NCBI RefSeq assembly: GCF_006345805.1
Contig: NC_042999.1
Span: 45,012,001-45,076,000, forward strand
Origin: Octopus sinensis
Lineage: Eukaryota
Direction of reading: 5' to 3'
DNA length: 64,000 nt
Under the pieces are notes generated by a model. The model was not told the origin of the DNA and searched no databases. It was given only the letters and a program-made list of their open reading frames with translations. This document shows positions 1-12,289 of the stretch, in pieces (position 1 is the first letter of the stretch; every line of letters begins with the position of its first letter). The position numbers and the translations under genes are program-made.

Positions 1-318
1 AGGTTGCTCAACCTCCTGGAAATCCAGATACTACAACCACCGGTCCTCGCTGAAACACAGACATAAGGCTAACAGCACCTCCCTTTCTAAAAAATTTGGG
101 AATTAAAAGACAAATGCATAGGCTTCAAACTCAGGTGGTCCATCATCGGATCAGCTGCACCTTATTTAAATAATAGAGCAGGATGCCAACTATGTTGTGT
201 AGAACTCCTGAACATCTTGAAATTCAAAGACAAACACAATCTTATTAACAAAAGGTCAGAGTTCAAACCATCCTGTATACACAAACTTATTAATACTTTC
301 AAATACTACAAAGCTTAG
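1..318 (+). mobile_element. Penelope-like element (PLE) ORF C-terminus, GIY-YIG endonuclease region, one frameshift
   Basis: Manual translation: GCSTSWKSRYYNHRSSLKHRHKANSTSLSK, -1 slip in an A-run near 90, then KIWELKDK...WSII...GCQLC...LINKRSEFKPSCIH...KA* (TAG 316-318). Matches the NH.SS / ST.LSK.IW.LK / C.LC / NKRSE..C.H pattern of PLE C-termini. Confidence 0.7.
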
Positions 319-329
319 GTTATTATACC

Positions 330-2150
330 AACTCCCCCATGCAATTTCCTCCCACCCGGTGCAACCTGTCGGCTCCAGCACATCCCGCTTTCCTATATGT
401 GCGTGTATATGCGTATATGTGCGCGTATATATATGTATGTGCACATATGTGTACGTATATGTATATATATATATATGTGCGTGTGTGTGTGTGTGTGGGT
501 GTGTGTATGTGCATATATGTTTCCCTGCATTTTCCTCCTATATATACAAATTTTGTCTCCCATATATGTCTTCTTTTCCCTACATATTTCTTCTCCTACA
601 CCCATATCCTTCCTATATAGTCTCTTTATTTCCCTATATCTATACTCTTTCACATTTCTAACTCGGATGTTGAACGCACACCGCCAAACTCCACTTCCCA
701 CCCTTCCAATTTTCAGTTCCCCCCGCCCGCCCCTACGTGGGCACCTTTAACACACACCTCTAACTTTCAACCACCTTCATCTCATGTTAAACTTTACCAA
801 ATTATATTTTTATTTTATTTTATTTTATTTTTATTTTTACTTTTATTTTTACTTTTATTCTACTTCGCTTTATTCTCATTTTTATTTTCATCCCTTATCT
901 TAATTCTTATAATTTTTATAATTTTTATATTTCATTTCTAACTTTTACATTGTATTTCTTATTTTATACTGGATTTCTTACTTTTATTTCTAATTTTTAC
1001 CCTTACCCTCATTCTTACCCCTAACTTATCGCTTTATATCTCTATATATGTCTATTTTTTTTGCTTATCCCTTATTTACTTACCTATGGATCCACTTTAT
1101 GATTATACGAACGTCCGTGTACGTATGTATCCGTATACATACATGTACATATGTACGAGTAAACATCTACGTCTGGATGTACATACCCCGTATTTCTTTT
1201 TTTACATGTTTTCTTATATTCATATGTTTACACCTATTTGTATACATCTTTTAATATCTTATAGCTATACCCATAGGCGCGTATGTCTCTGTGTGTGTAT
1301 GTAAGTGTATATGTGCACGCACATATGGACACACAGCCGTGTGTGCATGCATGTGTAGACGTGAGTGCGTGATTCTTTACATACGTTCTTATATACATCC
1401 TTTAATATCTTATATCTAAACCTGGAAGCGTGGGCATATGTGTATGTGTATGTAAGGATGGGCGCACGTATGTACATATGGGTGTGTACACGTATAATGT
1501 CCGTGTATACATGCGGATATTCTGTTGTATGTATGTATATGTACGCGCGTGCGTGTGGGTGTGTGTGTGTTTATGTACATGTTTACACGTGAGTGCGTGT
1601 GTATGCTTATAGGCTTGGAGGCGTATATGTACGCGTGTATATGGGTGTATGTATCCATGATGGTGTGTATGTACGAGATGACCAATTAATTCAAAGAACT
1701 AGATTAAACGCTCAACAGCTCTGATTTACAACACATTAGGTCCCCAGACGACACTGTTGATTTATTGACACCCAAAACTTCTACAACTAAATTTTATCAA
1801 TCTCCTGACCACCATGTTTGGTCCGAAACTTCTATACATCCCTTATTTTTATATTTTTTTTTACATTTTTATCATGTTTATTCCTATTTTTATTTTTTTA
1901 CTTTTTACTTTTATTTCTATTTCTATTTTTACTTTATAACCTTATGCCTTTACATTTATTTATATTTCTTTATATTTCTTTATATTCTTTATACCCCCTT
2001 TACATCTCCTTATATCCCTTTATATCTTTATACTCTACATTTTTATATTTTTGTATACTTACACTTTTTATACATTTTTTATCCCTCGTCCTGAATTCTC
2101 GCCCCTCCATCTTCACGTCTATATATGTATTTATTTATTTACATTACTTC
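330..2150. repeat. Degenerate (TA/TG/CA)n and T-rich low-complexity tract, probably the 3' region of the PLE
   Basis: Imperfect dinucleotide runs and TTTTA-rich blocks directly follow the PLE stop codon; all ORFs here are repeat translations. Confidence 0.55.
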
Positions 2151-2674
2151 AACATCCAAATTTCCTCATTCTACATTGAGAGAAGAAAGAGATGGACGCT
2201 TCAATTCTATGCTGCTGCCGCATTATGTCGTACACGAATGAGAGGATTTGCATCCCCAACCAAGAATTTTTGATGTAACACATGTCCTTGTGGAAGCTGT
2301 TGTGCGCGGCTGAAGAAGGCCACAGACATACATTATGCATTGTTATAAATCTGTCTAATAAAGGCCCGAAACATATGTACCGCTGAATCCTTCGCATCAT
2401 GTTTTTATTTTGATCAATTTATATATAGATATATATATATATATATGTGACAATTATTTGGTAGCCATAATGAACTCTGAGTTTCAGATGTTGGGGCGGA
2501 AACCCATGCCACCATCTCTTATCCGGCCGGCAGCGTGAGTTTCTGCCTTGACATTTGAAACTCAGAGTTTTATCATGGCTACCGAATAATTGTCACATCA
2601 TATTTACAGATAAATTCCTCTATTTACATAATATCAAGGTCTCTTTCATTCTTTTGTTGTCTTACCATTTCTAT

Positions 2675-2710
<36 letters not shown>

Positions 2711-2764
2711 CCACATACATATATGCATGTGTGTGTGTGTGTGCACGCATGTAGGGAAGAGATG

Positions 2765-2980
2765 TCTTTGTATCTGTGTTTGTCCCCCACCACTGCTTGA
2801 CAATTGGTGCTGGTGTGTTAATGTCTCTGTAATTTAGCAGTTATGCAAAAGAGACTGACAGAATAAGTGCTAGGGCTCTAAAGCAATAAATCATGGGGTC
2901 AATTTGTTTGACTAAATCCCTTCAAGGTGGTGCCTCAGCACGGCCATGGTGAAATGACTGAAACAAGTAAAAGAAAAGAT
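2765..2980 (+). mobile_element. SINE family A, 3' half (diverged)
   Basis: TGTGTTTGTCCCC...GCTTGACAA...AATAAGT...AATGACTGAAACAAGTAAAAG, homologous to many copies in the window. Confidence 0.7.
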
Positions 2981-2994
2981 AAAAGATATGTGTG

Positions 2995-2999
2995 TGTGA

Positions 3000-3041
<42 letters not shown>

Positions 3042-3063
3042 GTATATATTATATATATAAATA

Positions 3064-3131
<68 letters not shown>
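2995..3131. repeat. (TA)n microsatellite
   Basis: Direct inspection. Confidence 0.95.
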
Positions 3132-3132
<1 letters not shown>

Positions 3133-3817
3133 AAACTCAACTTGTGTGTCTGTGTGTGTATCTGTGTGTGTGTCTGTGTGTTTAACTTCCCAGCACATCT
3201 CCTCCTAGCCAACAAATCGTAGAACCACCAAAAATGGGTCACTTAAAGTTTAGGCAAAGGAAAATTGAACTGCACTATTTCTGTTCCGAAATTCATCTCA
3301 CAAGGGCAAAAATCGATAATGTGTTTGTTTAGGCCTTATCCCATGCATTGAATTGTGAACTTTACTCAGTCAGCTGTTTGACGTGAACTGTGTTCACCAC
3401 GCGTGCAAGCATGCGTAAATTGCATAAAAAATAAAAGATATATATATAAAGCTGAAGTTGTCTGTGTGTGGCAGGTTTGATAGCCTTTAACTAACACTAT
3501 CTCCTCCAAGACCCTGCGGTGCAAGTTGACCAAAATTGAGAGTATGATAGAAGAAAGCTTGCTCTTCATTCTGTAGAAGAAAAAATTCAAATCGGAGCAT
3601 GTGTGCACCAAAAATTATCTACATCAAAAAGGTGCTTTTCTTTCTATGGAAATCCCTATTTTTTATGATTTTTTGACTGCTGTGTTGCCATTTTTCGGTG
3701 TATTTAAACCAGTAAAATGTTCACTTAAAGAGAATAACAAGCTACATAATGCAAAATTTTTAATTTTCAAAAATTCCAATTCTAAAGGGTCAAAACAAAA
3801 GTGAGCAATACTGCTAG

Positions 3818-3818
<1 letters not shown>
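3130..3818 (+). mobile_element. Possible non-autonomous Helitron-type element(s)
   Basis: Two similar starts (TATATAAAACTCAACTTGTGTGTCTG about 3125; TATATAAAGCTGAAGTTGTCTGTGTG about 3452) and a CTAG end at 3814-3817 followed by T inside (TA)n. No clear subterminal hairpin. Confidence 0.35.
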
Positions 3819-3851
<33 letters not shown>

Positions 3852-3863
3852 ATATATATATGT

Positions 3864-3923
<60 letters not shown>

Positions 3924-3925
3924 TA

Positions 3926-4225
3926 AAGGCACATGGCTTAGTGGTTACGATATTCAGCTCATGATCATAAGGTCATGAGTTCAATTCCTGGTGACGTGTT
4001 GTGTCCTTGAGCAAGACACTTTATTTTCACATTGCTCCAGTCCACTCAGCTGGCAAAAATGAGTAGCACCTGTATTTCAAAGGGCCAGCCTTGTCACACT
4101 CTGTGTCATGCTAAATCTCACTGAGAACTACGTTAAAGGGTACACATGTCCGTGGAGTGCTCTGTCACTTGCACATTAATTTCATGAACAAACTGTTCTG
4201 TTGATTGTATCAGCTGGGACCCTTA
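3926..4225 (+). mobile_element. tRNA-derived SINE family C
   Basis: A-box TGGCTTAGTGG, B-box GAGTTCAATTCC, central TGTGTCCTTGAGCAAGACACTT...CCACTCAGCTG...ATGAGTA domain; an antisense homologue lies at 39701-40010. Confidence 0.8.
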
Positions 4226-4258
4226 TTGTTGTATATATATATATTGTCTGAATTTTAT

Positions 4259-4558
4259 CACGTGATCACATGACCGACCAGACCATCAGATGTTGCTATA
4301 CATCGCTGGTCACAATGCGTTCGCATTGTTTTAGCCTTCGAATGACGCCACCCCGCTGGCTAAGCGAGCAGGCCAACAGAAGAAAGAGAGAAAGAGTGGT
4401 GAAAGAGTACAGCAGGGATCACCACCCCCTGCCAGAGCCTCGTGGAGCTTTTAGATGTTTTCGCTCAATAAACACACACAACGCCGATCTGGGAATCGAA
4501 ATCGCGGTCCTACAACTGCGAGTGCGCTGCCCTAAGCACTGGGCCATTGCGCCTCCAC
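4259..4558 (-). mobile_element. tRNA-derived SINE family E
   Basis: Reverse complement begins GGAGGCGCAATGGCCCAGTGCTTAGGGCAG...TTTCGATTCCC (A/B boxes), is CpG-rich and ends ...GGTCATGTGATCACGTGA. Confidence 0.7.
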
Positions 4559-4569
4559 CTGAATTTTAT

Positions 4570-5100
4570 AGAATTAAGTATCCATCACGGCTGGTCTTAT
4601 CAATTGGTTTCATGCAAAAAATACAATGGAGTGTTAGGCAACAAGCCAATTATATAAATATGCACATCAGAGGTAGCCAACATGGAAGGGAATATGGCAA
4701 CTACTTGCCACTGCTGAAAGTGGAGTATGATGTGTGTGTGGGGTTTGTTTATATCTGGGTGTATAATTTGCACGAGGGGTATATGCTAGGGATGGTGGGG
4801 AGTAGTTAACTGCAGGGTGTTTGCCTTATATGGGTGTGTGTATCTGTACATGGGTGCATTGGTGTGTGTCTTGGTCAAGCTCTTTATGCCAGGACCAAGG
4901 GCATTGGTGGAAGATCATTTGTGGAAGGTTGAAGCAGGGAACCCATGGTTACAGTCATGGTGGGTCACGCAAGTATGATAGAAGGGACTTTCTTTCATAC
5001 GAACTAAGATTATACGTTTCACTCCTGCTATTGAGGTAAATATCCGGGCATTGAGTGCCTTTTAAAATCGGCCCCTTCTCAGCTATAATCTGCACTTCCT
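4570..5100 (-). mobile_element. Possible degraded retroelement 3' end (PLE-like)
   Basis: Weak KRIIL.RMKES.F motif reminiscent of GIY-YIG C-termini; multiple stops. Confidence 0.2.
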
Positions 5101-5124
5101 ACTACTATTGAAGTATGGCTTGCA

Positions 5125-5342
5125 TTCTTTTATTCTCTTACTTGTTTCAGTCATTTGACTGTGGCCATGCTGGAGCACTGCCTTCTAGTCGAAGAAATCA
5201 ACCCCAGGACTTATTCTTTGTAAGCCTAGTACTTATTCTATTGGACTCATTTGCCGAACTGCTAAGTTACAGGGATGTAAACACACCAGCATCAGTTGTC
5301 AAGTGATGGTGATGGGGGACAAACAGACACAGAGATACACAC

Positions 5343-5381
<39 letters not shown>

Positions 5382-5485
5382 ACACACACACACACACATA
5401 CACACACACACATATGTATATGATGGGCTTCTTTCAGTTTCCATCTACCAAATCCATTCAGAAGGCTTCTTACCACACAGCCATG
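5125..5485 (-). mobile_element. SINE family A (internally deleted)
   Basis: TTTTACTTGTTTCAGTCATTTGACTGTGGCCATGCTGGAGCAC...(CA)n...CTTCTTTCAGTTTCC...ACCACACAGCCA. Confidence 0.85.
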
Positions 5486-5540
5486 CTTAATTAAAACAGT
5501 TTCTCTCAGCCCCATGTGACTTAAAGTTTTGTGGGCCTCT

Positions 5541-5615
5541 AACAGAAGCTCATTTCTTTCAGGCTTCAGATTTCTGATTTGGTGATCTAAAGCCTGAAAG
5601 AGACAAGCTTCTGTT
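5541..5615 (-). ncRNA. 75-nt hairpin, candidate pre-miRNA or editing substrate
   Basis: 31-bp arms (5541-5571 / 5585-5615), 13-nt loop, four non-Watson-Crick positions, three of which are G-U wobbles on the minus strand. The structure is certain; function is not. Confidence 0.35.
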
Positions 5616-6243
5616 TGAAATGATACACGTAACTCCTATTAAATGTGCTAAGTGCCCTTTTCTTTCATTTTTCCACTCACTTGTATATGTGTGTGTGTTT
5701 GGGTGTTGGTGATTGTTCTCCAACAACAGCAAGCTTCAAGGGTTGTCATTTTCATATGAATATATCATCTGCTGGCTTGGCACCTTCGAAGACATATGAA
5801 ATAAGGGAAACCTTACTTAAAAATAGATAAGAGTTAGTGACAGGAATAATCTATCCATCTAAACTATGGTTGCATGGAAAAAAATTACGATAGGCGTACA
5901 AATGAACATATATATCATATTATGTTGTATTATATAACAAACACTGGTGTATCATTGCAACTGTTATCTTTGGATTCACTTGTGCTTACACTGCTATATT
6001 CTTGATAATTAAATACTGTTAATTCCCTTTGTGTCTTTTCTAGAGGCAGTTGAACTTTATGTGTTCACAAGGGATTTTCCAGTCTGAATAAGACAACATT
6101 TGGAGAGCCTCTGTGTGCCTGTGTGTGTGTGTGTGTACTTACAAGCAATAGTTAGCTGCTAGAGACCTGACTTTGTACCATAGGGTTAATTTAAATTTTC
6201 ATCTGTATATTTAACCTTTTCTTTGTACTAGTAAATCAAGAAG

Positions 6244-6690
6244 GGCATGGATACATTGAAACTCCGACGTTTGGCAACTGACTTGGCTGACACCCATAAA
6301 ATTATTAACCATCTTACTAACAATAACTCTGAGCATCTTTTCAAACTTCACCTATCTAACACCCATGAACATGTTTACAAAGTCAGAAAACAGCACAGCT
6401 CCCATGACTTTCGGAAACATTTTTTCACGCTAAGAGTTGCTGAAGTATGGATCAAACTGCCGGCATCAGTTGTTAGTTGTCGGAGCATTGCATCCTTCAA
6501 AACTTCCATGCTTCCTGAGATTCGCCAACACTACACCTGATTTTCTCCCCTCCGTACACATGCAAGCATCTATCTGTCTCATACACTGTTCACTTTCCAG
6601 ACATTTGTACATTACTGCATATACTTTATATGCACTTTTGACAAGATGTAGTACACCTGAGCACTGTATACAATAATTTCATTATTATTA
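6244..6690 (+). mobile_element. CR1/L2-type LINE 3' fragment
   Basis: L.LRRL..DL..THKII...LFKL...H.YKVRKQHS..DFRKHFFTLRV..VW.KLP.SVV...S..SFK, then a 3' UTR and an (ATT)n tail. Confidence 0.75.
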
Positions 6691-6708
6691 TTATTTTATT
6701 TATTATAC

Positions 6709-7033
6709 TAGTGGTTCGCAACCATTTTTTACGTGTGGGCCCCTTTGTTTGCTATTTTATTCTGGTGGACCCCACACCCATTCGATGTTTAAAATCTAGT
6801 TTTTTAGATACTTCTCTCAAAATTCCTATTTTGTTTCTCACACATTAACTTGCGTAGGTTGAACTATGTGAAATGTTACAGAAAGAAACCTTGTTGTTTC
6901 TTGCAATACATACATTTAAATCAAAACTTCTCATGGACCTTTAAAATAGCCCAACTTATTATTTTGCTAGTGTGGACCCCCAAAATCTTATATGGATCCC
7001 AGAGGTCATATGAACTCTGGTTGAGAAGCACTG
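6709..7033. mobile_element. hAT-type MITE
   Basis: Imperfect TIRs TAGTGGTTCGCAACC / GGTTGAGAAGCACTG; no intact TSD. Confidence 0.55.
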
Positions 7034-7217
7034 TGCTATGTGGTTGTTAGGCCTGCTAGAAATAGCTGTAAAATCTACATCAAATCACACCCAGTTGTCT
7101 TCAAAGAGAAAAGATACACTGGGAAATATAGTCCTAGATAGACTTTTCCTAGGTTTCATCATATGTTTCTTCATTCATCAAAGCTTAACTTTATCACATT
7201 CTCTTTCTCCTCTCTAG

Positions 7218-7330
7218 GTTTTCTGGATATCGTACAACAGCTATATTTTACGATTCCCTATCGTTCTTTATTTATTAAAAATCCCAAGCCAACAAAATTT
7301 TATCTCAGAAAAAGAAAAGAATATATCTAA
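7218..7330 (+). CDS. Putative terminal coding exon (phase 1): (G)FLDIVQQLYFTIPYRSLFIKNPKPTKFYLRKRKEYI*; gene not recognised
   Basis: Branch-like CTTAAC about 7184, pyrimidine tract TTCTCTTTCTCCTCTCTAG (AG 7216-7217), open frame to TAA 7328-7330, ATTAAA at 7347-7352. No upstream exon identified. Confidence 0.4.
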
Positions 7331-7707
7331 AAATTTAATATGCTTTATTAAAAGACATGTTTATTTCTCATCAAATTTTATTTGGCAGCTGTTGAAACAT
7401 ACACACGTATCACAAAGTGGTTAGTGCAGTGGAAAACAAGTATCAACAACTGGGGTTAAACAACAAATAACTTAGATAACTTAAGATATGTTTTGGTCAA
7501 AGATTGGCCCAGGTCATACTTTTATCATGGCAGAACCGTTAGTGTGTCAAACAAAATGCTTAGCAGCATTTCGCCCATCTTTACATTCTGAGTTCAAATT
7601 CTGCCAAAGTCACTTTGTATTTCATCCTTTCAGGGTTAATAAAACAAGTATTGGTTGAACACTGGGGTTGATGTAATCAACTGGCCCTAAATTTTAGGCT
7701 TTGTGCT

Positions 7708-8095
7708 AGGAGTGGCTGTGTGGTAAGTAGCTTGCTAACCAACCACATGGTTCGGGGTTCAGTCCCACTGCGTGGCATCTTGGGCAAGTGTCTTCTGCTA
7801 TGGCCTCGGGCCGACCAATGCCTTGTGAGTGGATTTGGTAGACGGAAACTGAATGAAGCCTGTCGTATATATGTATATATATATATATATATATGTTTGT
7901 CCCCCTAGCATTGCTTGACAACTGATGCTGGTGTGTTTACGTCCCCGTCACTTAGAGGTTCGGCAAAAGAGACCGATAGAATAAGTACTAAGCTTACAAA
8001 GAATAAGTCCTGGGGTCGATTTGTTCAACTAAAGGCGGTGCTCCAGCATGACCACAGTCAAATGACTGAAAGAAGTAAAAGAGAAAAGAGAGTAA
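7708..8095 (+). mobile_element. SINE family A, full length
   Basis: tRNA-like head AGGAGTGGCTGTGTGGTAAG...GGTTCAGTCCC, then TTGGGCAAGTGTCTT, an internal (TA)n and an AAAAGAG tail. Confidence 0.9.
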
Positions 8096-8224
8096 AGCGG
8101 TAGATAAATGTACAGAGAAATTCTAATAAAAAAAGAGCAACCTTCCAACATATTTTATTGCAAAGACTTTTGAATCAAGTGAATGAGTTTAAAAACAGTT
8201 ATATTAAAAGAATTGAAAAAGCGA

Positions 8225-8510
8225 ATTTGGTAGACGGAAACTGAAAGAAGCCTGTTGTATATATGTATATATATATGTGTGTGTGTGTATGTGTTTGTGT
8301 GTCTGTGTTTGTCCCCCTAGCATTGCTTGACAACCGATGCTGGTATGTTTACATCCCCGTCACTTAGAGGTTCGGCAAAAGAGACCGATAGAATAAGTAC
8401 TGGGCTTACAAAGAATAAGTCCCGGGGTCAATTTGCTCGACTAAAGGTGGTGCTCCAGCATGGCCACAGTCAAATGACTGAAACAAGTAAAAGAGTAAAA
8501 GAGTAAAGAG
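8225..8510 (+). mobile_element. SINE family A, 5'-truncated
   Basis: Homologous to the 3' part of 7708-8095. Confidence 0.85.
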
Positions 8511-9094
8511 TATAGCAGAGAAAATTATAGTCTGGTTTATAGTCCATAACCAGGAGTACATTGACTTTCCTTTAACATATTACATTAACGTGTTAACCAC
8601 CACATGTACCGCTGGTGGCTCATCACAAACTTCACACAACTACCAGTAACAGGCCATGGCTGTTAATGTGTTATGACAAAAATCTTCGTAAAAATTTATG
8701 AATTATTTCCATTCACTCCCTCACATAGGAATTTCTCTTTTTCGAGTGGAAAGAGTACTTGCTATCCAGCTTAGAAGTTCATGGTTTGGGACATTTCTCT
8801 GACACTGCTACTGTGTATATGGTCAGAGATAAAACTGGTACCTTGGAATCCCTTGACTAAGGTATCTTTGGTCTGATGAGTAACTAGTGGAATACTTCTC
8901 ATTGAATAATTATTACTTCTGAGGTTCTGCTAACTAGGAAACATATGTTTGCCTGGATTGAAACATATGTTGCCTGGATTTTACCAGTTCCGTTTCCTAA
9001 ATTTGGATTTTTATTTGCATACATAGCAACCCTGGTTACTAACTGTGAACTATAAAAATCACTTTTTGCAGCTTATTTTTTATTCTTTCTTTCT

Positions 9095-9530
9095 TTCTTT
9101 TTATTCTTTTATTTGTTTCAGTAATTTGACTGTGGCCATGCTGGAGCACCACCTTTAGTCGAGCAAATCGACCCCGGGACTTATTCTTTTGTAAGCCTAG
9201 TAGTTATTCTATTGGTCTCTCTTGCCGAACCACTAAGTGATGGGAAAGTAAACACACCAGCATCAGTTGTCAAGCGATGTTGGGTGAACAAATAGTGGCA
9301 CACAAACATACACACACACACACATACACACACATATACGACGGGCTTCTTTCAGTTTCTGTCTACCAAATCCACTCACAAAGCTTTGGTCGGCCCGAGG
9401 CTATAGTAGAAGACACTTGCCCATAGTACCACTTCTTTCAGTTTCTATCTTCTAAATCCAGTCACAAGCCTTTGGTTGGTCTGGGCTATAGTAGGAGACA
9501 CTTTGTTTCCAAAATTGCCATTCCATAAAC
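9095..9530 (-). mobile_element. SINE family A with partial internal duplication
   Basis: Antisense homology to 7708-8095; CTTCTTTCAGTTTCT block repeated. Confidence 0.8.
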
Positions 9531-10330
9531 TTAAAACCATGTGGTTGGGATGCAAATTTCTTAAGCACACAACCATGCTTGAAACTCTAATACATTATGG
9601 TATTCCAAAATTAAATGTTGACACAACTTTACCAAACCTTATTGATTTTCATGTAAGGTCTATTATTATTATTCCTCTGGTGTTTCCATGTTAAAATCAC
9701 TGAGCCACAGGATGTAGAGCTTATGAGGGATGCAAAGTTAACATTACCAATGTCCATTCTGTGTCTAGGCATAGAATAAACATTCACACATGTGTACGTA
9801 CACACACACACACACACACACAAACACACATACACACAAACACATACAAACACACACATAAAATCACTTACACACACATACATGCACTTATACACATACA
9901 GGCAGGCACATACAGTCATGCATGCATACATCCATACATGCATTCAGCAGTCTTCTGTACAGTTTCCATTGATCAGTTTCACATACAAGGCATCTTGTTA
10001 GCCCAAAGCTGTCACAGATAACACTAGAGCAAGATGAAATGCAGAGGGATAGAACCCTAAACCATTTAGTTATGAAGCGAATTTTGTTATCGGTCATCCA
10101 TCTTTCATCTTTTACTTTTTACTTCTATCAATCATTTAACTGCAGCGCCACCTTCAGGAGGTTTAGTCAAACTAATCGACCCCAGGAATTTTTTTCCTAA
10201 GCCTAGTACTTATTCTATCAATCTCTTTTGTTAGACAGTTAAGTTACATGGATGTAAATACACCAACTTCAGTTGTCAAGCAGAGATGGGGGTACAAACA
10301 CAGACAAAGACACACACTCATATATATAGG

Positions 10331-10487
10331 TGCAGGAGTGGCTGTGTGGTAAGTAGCTTGCTTACCAACCACATGGTTCCTGGGTTCAGTCCCACTGCGT
10401 GGCACCTTGGGCAAGTGTCTTCTACTATAGCCATGGACCGACCAAAGCTTTGTGAGTGAATTTGGTAGACGGAAGCTGAAAGAAGCC

Positions 10488-10541
<54 letters not shown>

Positions 10542-10995
10542 TGTTGTATTTAGGAATGGTCATTTTGCCAGTTTAGCCAATAAAAACACACGCACTATAT
10601 ATTTGGTGTTACTTTGCTTCAGTGCAAGTGTGTGTGTCTGTGTGTGTGTGTTGTAGAATCTGCCATTGAAAACATGATTGGAATTCTGTTTTTAAATAGT
10701 TAACTGTTAAAACTTATAGTCCTTATTTATTATTATATATCGTAATTTTATTTATTTACAACATGTATTCATATATATATGTATGTATGTATGTATATGT
10801 TTGTGCATCTGTGTTTGTCCCCTCCCAACATCGCTTGACAACCGATGCTGGTGTGTTTACATCCCCGTAACTTAGTGGTTTGGTAAGAGAGATCAATAGA
10901 ATAAGTACTAGGCTTACAACCGATTTGCTCAACTAAAGGCGGTGCTCCAGCATGGCCGCAGTCAAATGACTGAAACAAATAAAATGAAAGAAAAG
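10331..10995 (+). mobile_element. SINE family A with a ~230-bp insert in its internal microsatellite
   Basis: Head 10331-10495, foreign sequence about 10545-10765, tail 10790-10995. Confidence 0.8.
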
Positions 10996-11425
10996 AATTC
11001 ATGTGATGGTCTTCTTTCAGTTTCCATGTGCCAAATCCACTCACAAGGCTCTGGTCAGCCCAAGTAGACACTTGTCCAAGGTGCCACTCAGTGGGATTGA
11101 ACCCAGAACCATGATGTTGGGAAGCAAGCTTCTTATCACATAACCATGCCTCATGCCCACGCCCACGCCATAGCAATATTTTATATTCAGCATTTTATAT
11201 TTAAAATTTATACAGGTCATTCTTTGCAACTGTTGCTGTCTGATGGCAAATCTTCTATTGATATTGATGCCTTGTATTATGTACAAGGAAGTTTTGTTGT
11301 AAATAAAATAAAATTACGATATATAATAATAAATAAGGACTATAAATTTTAACAGTTAACTATTTAAAAATAGAATTCCAATCATGTTTTCAATGGCAGA
11401 TTCTACAACACACACACACTTGCAC
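10622..11425. repeat. Dispersed inverted repeat of non-SINE sequence (arms 10622-10762 / 11296-11425)
   Basis: Arms align nearly perfectly apart from (TG)n length, two substitutions and a 1-nt indel. Confidence 0.9.
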
Positions 11426-12289
11426 GTAGTGTTCAAAAATTGAAAGTAAATTTTATTTTCCATGACCTTTTAACTAAAGATTTGTAGTGTGTACTTATAT
11501 ATTGGTGTTAATTGTTATTACTTTTATTTTGTCATAAAATCTGTTTTTGAAAGAAAGAGAGTGAGATAAAGGGGGGAAAAATGTGAAAGGAAAAATTAAT
11601 GAAAAGAAAAATCCATATAACTGCTCGGAAAATATCGCTAAACGGCTTGTAATTTACAGTGTTTAAGGTCAAAAAATTCTTCAGAATTCAGCGTGTATAG
11701 AAACCCAAGAGAAACAGAAATGTCAATTTGAATGTTATTTTGTAAAGTCTGTAATAATGATACAACAATGTGATATTTTCAAAACAGTCCATAAATATCA
11801 TTCATGTGATAGAAGAGAAAAATGGCACGGAGATAAACTGTCGTCACATTGTTAGAGAATTTTGACTCAGATGACTGCTCAACTATAAGCACAATAAAGG
11901 TGATACCACCTACTCCTACCAAATAGGTCAGCTTCATTTGGAATACGTTAATATGTTTGAAAAAACACGACAAGATGGTTTATAGTTTTCTTTCTCAGTT
12001 TGAAATCTTCAAAATTTTGGTAATATTAAGTGATTTTTATAGTTTTGTACTGGTTTCATTCCATTATTAATGCCAGACTGTGTTTCTGGTGAAGTTTGCT
12101 TCTCAACCACATGGTTTCAGGTTCAGTCCCACTATGTGGCATCTTGGGCAAGTGTCTCAGGCCAATCAAAACTTTGAGTGGACTTGCATTTTTCTCCTTA
12201 TTTTTCAGGCTTTTATAGCAATAAAACTGCGTACCACTGTCAAATTGCTGGTTATTGTTTTTGAAATATATTCAACTTTGCAATTGTCT

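Noticed and set aside
1806-1835. CTGACCACCATGTTTGGTCCGAAAC, hammerhead-like, downstream of the PLE ORF
   Set aside because: Lacks an intact CUGANGA and any stem III/NUH; at most a decayed remnant.
256-2273. Many overlapping 60-150-aa ORFs
   Set aside because: Translations of degenerate dinucleotide and T-rich repeats (HT/YI/VC/FL runs).
4270-4809. 179-aa ORF
   Set aside because: Antisense read-through of SINE E into an adjacent repeat; no protein motifs.
8872-8900. CTGATGAG followed by GGAATAC
   Set aside because: No stem II or GAAA core; chance match to the hammerhead start.
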